DNA of 64,000 nucleotides from Neoechinorhynchus agilis (lineage: Eukaryota > Animalia > Acanthocephala): NCBI GenBank assembly GCA_051530055.1, contig CM121341.1:11572784-11636783 (forward strand), given 5' to 3'. How positions within the stretch are numbered: the stretch's first letter is position 1; every line of letters begins with the position of its first letter. The notes below the pieces were generated by a model. The model was given only the letters and a program-made list of their open reading frames with translations. It was not told the DNA's origin and did not search any database. Both the position numbers and the translations under genes were made by a program. Below are positions 61,427-64,000 of the stretch, in pieces.

Positions 61427-64000
61427 CGTGGAGTTTGAACCTTTTTGGCCTACAACTACATAATGTACAAACTCGGCCAGTTTTACACCTTGGAGTAAGT
61501 GTTAAATTCTCTTGTCTACTCCGGCTGTTTAGTAAGATCGATATTAAAATATGAAATTTTCTTACAAGTTAATTTATTAGTGGAAAAATAGTGCTCTTAA
61601 TAGAGAAGGATGAACACAACTGGACATGAATCCTAACAATCTCTCTTGCGATTGATATTTGCAAGGAGTAAAAAAAAGTTGAATCAATGAGCATTTTTTG
61701 CCTCACAAAATGTCTCGCGCTTCTTTCGTCTTCAAAACAATGATCTTTAGTATTAAACATCCAATATATTAAATTTATTTCTGAACTTCAAATGGACATT
61801 AGTCAAGTTATTAAATCGATTAATTTGTTATTGGTGGTTTACAAGACTTGAAGCTGAAAATTGTGGTTGAAGAAGACAACGGCTTTAAAATTTGGTGTTG
61901 GGCATGCGTTCAATGTTAAAAAAGCGAGCTTTATTTAGGTGGAACATTTCGCTTCACTTTCACAATCAAAAATTTAAATTTTTTTAATGCTGCCAATTTT
62001 ATTAAATAAATTCGTTTTTTGTTCATTAATGATTAAAATGGCGCTTTCCTCGTGTTTACGAGCGATCTTTACTGTCTCAAAATGATTCCGTCTACATGAA
62101 ACTGGTCATAAATTCGTAGAACTTAACATGGCATTCAAATGGTGCTCATAAAAAAATCAATACAGATGTTTTTAAGCTTGCATAAATCGGAATTTAAAAT
62201 AAAGTTCACTAAAGATATTTTAGGAGACAGTATGTAAGCGGCTGCTGCATATTCTTCTTTATTCAACTCATTAAACGTTCTTAATTTTCGATGGCTATTA
62301 GCTGAATTGGATTTTTAGATTCATTTAGACAAAATTCGTATAAATTCTGAAATCAAATTAGGCCTTTGAAAAATCATTGTCTTTGACATTTTACGAAATC
62401 TTTAAATGTGTTAGAATTTCCTTTTGCATTCAATTCGTATTTGCGAGGGCTCACAAAGCGAAAGTCGGCTGAAAAATATCTCAGGATATCGATTCTTCTA
62501 ATTAAACTGTGCACTTTGAGCTAATGAAGTGCTCTCTAAAATTCTAAAATTCAGTTAGAGCGTTTCTGCTCAATAAAGTTCTGAAAGTTAATAATTACGT
62601 GTTTTTTTCATGGCCCCGATTTTGTTGTATAAATTACCGTAAAAATTCGGACTTGTTTCTTTAAATCGCTGAAAATAAAGCTAATTAATCCAGAATTGAG
62701 GATCGAGTTACAATTGCAAAGTCTACAATCCAAAATGTATGTTAAAAGTCGGCGACTTTTCGTATTAGATAAATTCATCGCCTATTTATAGTTCGGATGT
62801 ATCTGTTTAATTTAAAAATTATTCCGCATCTTTCCGCTACTAGAATTGTCGCCCCCTCCACTTCCCGTTTATTCCTAGCCAAATGACATTAAGTAGCAAA
62901 TTTCGAAAAATAACCTAATTAGAAACCGACAGTTTGACGCCTTACAACCCGCTATAATCTCGTATGCGCTGGAAAACGACCTCATATTTTCGTCTTGCGC
63001 TAAGAGGAGATATCGTTGACATTCGTAACTAGGTAAACATTTATTTCTTATAACTGCAGGAACTCGGTCTTTGTGTCACTTGAGAAAAATGATTTGTCGG
63101 TATTCCAAATGCGATGATGAACTTTAAATATTGCAAATTTAAGTGGTTTACAAGGACACCGACGTGGTTCATCGTGTTTGACTATTAGTGAAATTGGCGA
63201 TTACTTTTAAATCCTGCGATCTTATGCTTAAGGTCGAAAGATTTTATGATCAAATATCTTATTGCTTCAACTTAAATTCGTTTTTAATTAAAAAGGACAT
63301 ATTTATTTCATACAATTTTTTCGCATTTTTAGTTGTGATCTCAACCTCTCAATTTCTTTTCCTCTTAAATGTTAAAAGACGTGATTATAATTTGGCTTAA
63401 TAGTCCACCGAATGGGCAAGGTCACCGAAAGGCTTGCTGAGTTGGCTTAAATAAATATTTACGCTTTGCACTAGAAATCCACGAAGTAAATTCGCAATGA
63501 TCTTAGCATTTCTGAGACAGACTTTATTTGGTTACAGTCGATTCTCTGGCATCGATTAACTAGTGTTGCGAACGATAAATGGCATCATGTTCATGAGTGC
63601 TTCCAGGTGATAAGTTGAGCTCAGACGCGAGCCCATTTTCGTATTGATAACACTTTCTAAGATAAATATTAGATAAAAATCGTACTGAACTTGAGATCGT
63701 TTGATTTATCTAAATGCTTTGATGCCCACAAATGAATCTATGACTTGTAGTTGTCGTTATGGCATTGACGAGAACGAAAATGTAACGTCTGCGTAGCTCG
63801 TGTCATTGCGAAGAGAAATGTCGGTTCCAAACTAGGAGTACGAAATTTATTGTTTGACTTTGAATTTTTCATGAGCTGATTAAAGAATGCTTTTAGTGTA
63901 GATTTTTTCCATTTTTTATCTTCAAAATTTACCAGAAAATACAAATAGAAATTTAACTCAAATGTCTTTTCCTAAAGATCACCGTCCCCTTTTGTCTCAA

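Noticed and set aside
61560-63120. Possible multi-exon genes with short GT-AG introns (e.g. a 27-nt candidate at 63033-63059; minus-strand exons near 61570-62480)
   Set aside because: No consistent reading frame or homology could be built by eye; needs RNA-seq.

Overview
AT-rich eukaryotic DNA from a compact-genomed animal. The evidence is metazoan-type Sin1, TOM7, GABARAPL2-like ATG8 and C2orf69, mostly intron-poor; the taxon cannot be fixed from sequence alone. Layout: (1) 1-5.9 kb holds Sin1/MAPKAP1 on the minus strand plus small repeat relics. (2) About 5.9-15.8 kb is a head-to-tail triplication of a 3.4-4.0 kb unit. Each unit carries an unknown gene with an internal 33-aa (99-bp) repeat (2, 9 and 9 copies) and a decayed CRE-like non-LTR retrotransposon fragment. 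(3) 15.8-51.9 kb is one uninterrupted satellite array of about 220 monomers of 162-165 bp, with subfamily domains and multi-monomer duplications. (4) 52-64 kb is gene-dense: a hypothetical coiled-coil ORF, a prokaryote-type zinc-ADH-family gene lacking catalytic Zn ligands, TOM7 (missed by the ORF track), decayed LINE gag/RT pieces, and ATG8 nested antisense in an intron of C2orf69. The most striking observation is a hammerhead ribozyme core at 58866-58936 whose three strands lie in a non-circularly permuted order. It belongs to a small dispersed repeat family with two more partial copies in this window (345-384 and 61346-61426, both minus strand). Many single-base indels suggest a noisy long-read consensus, so frameshifts are not treated as proof of pseudogenes.
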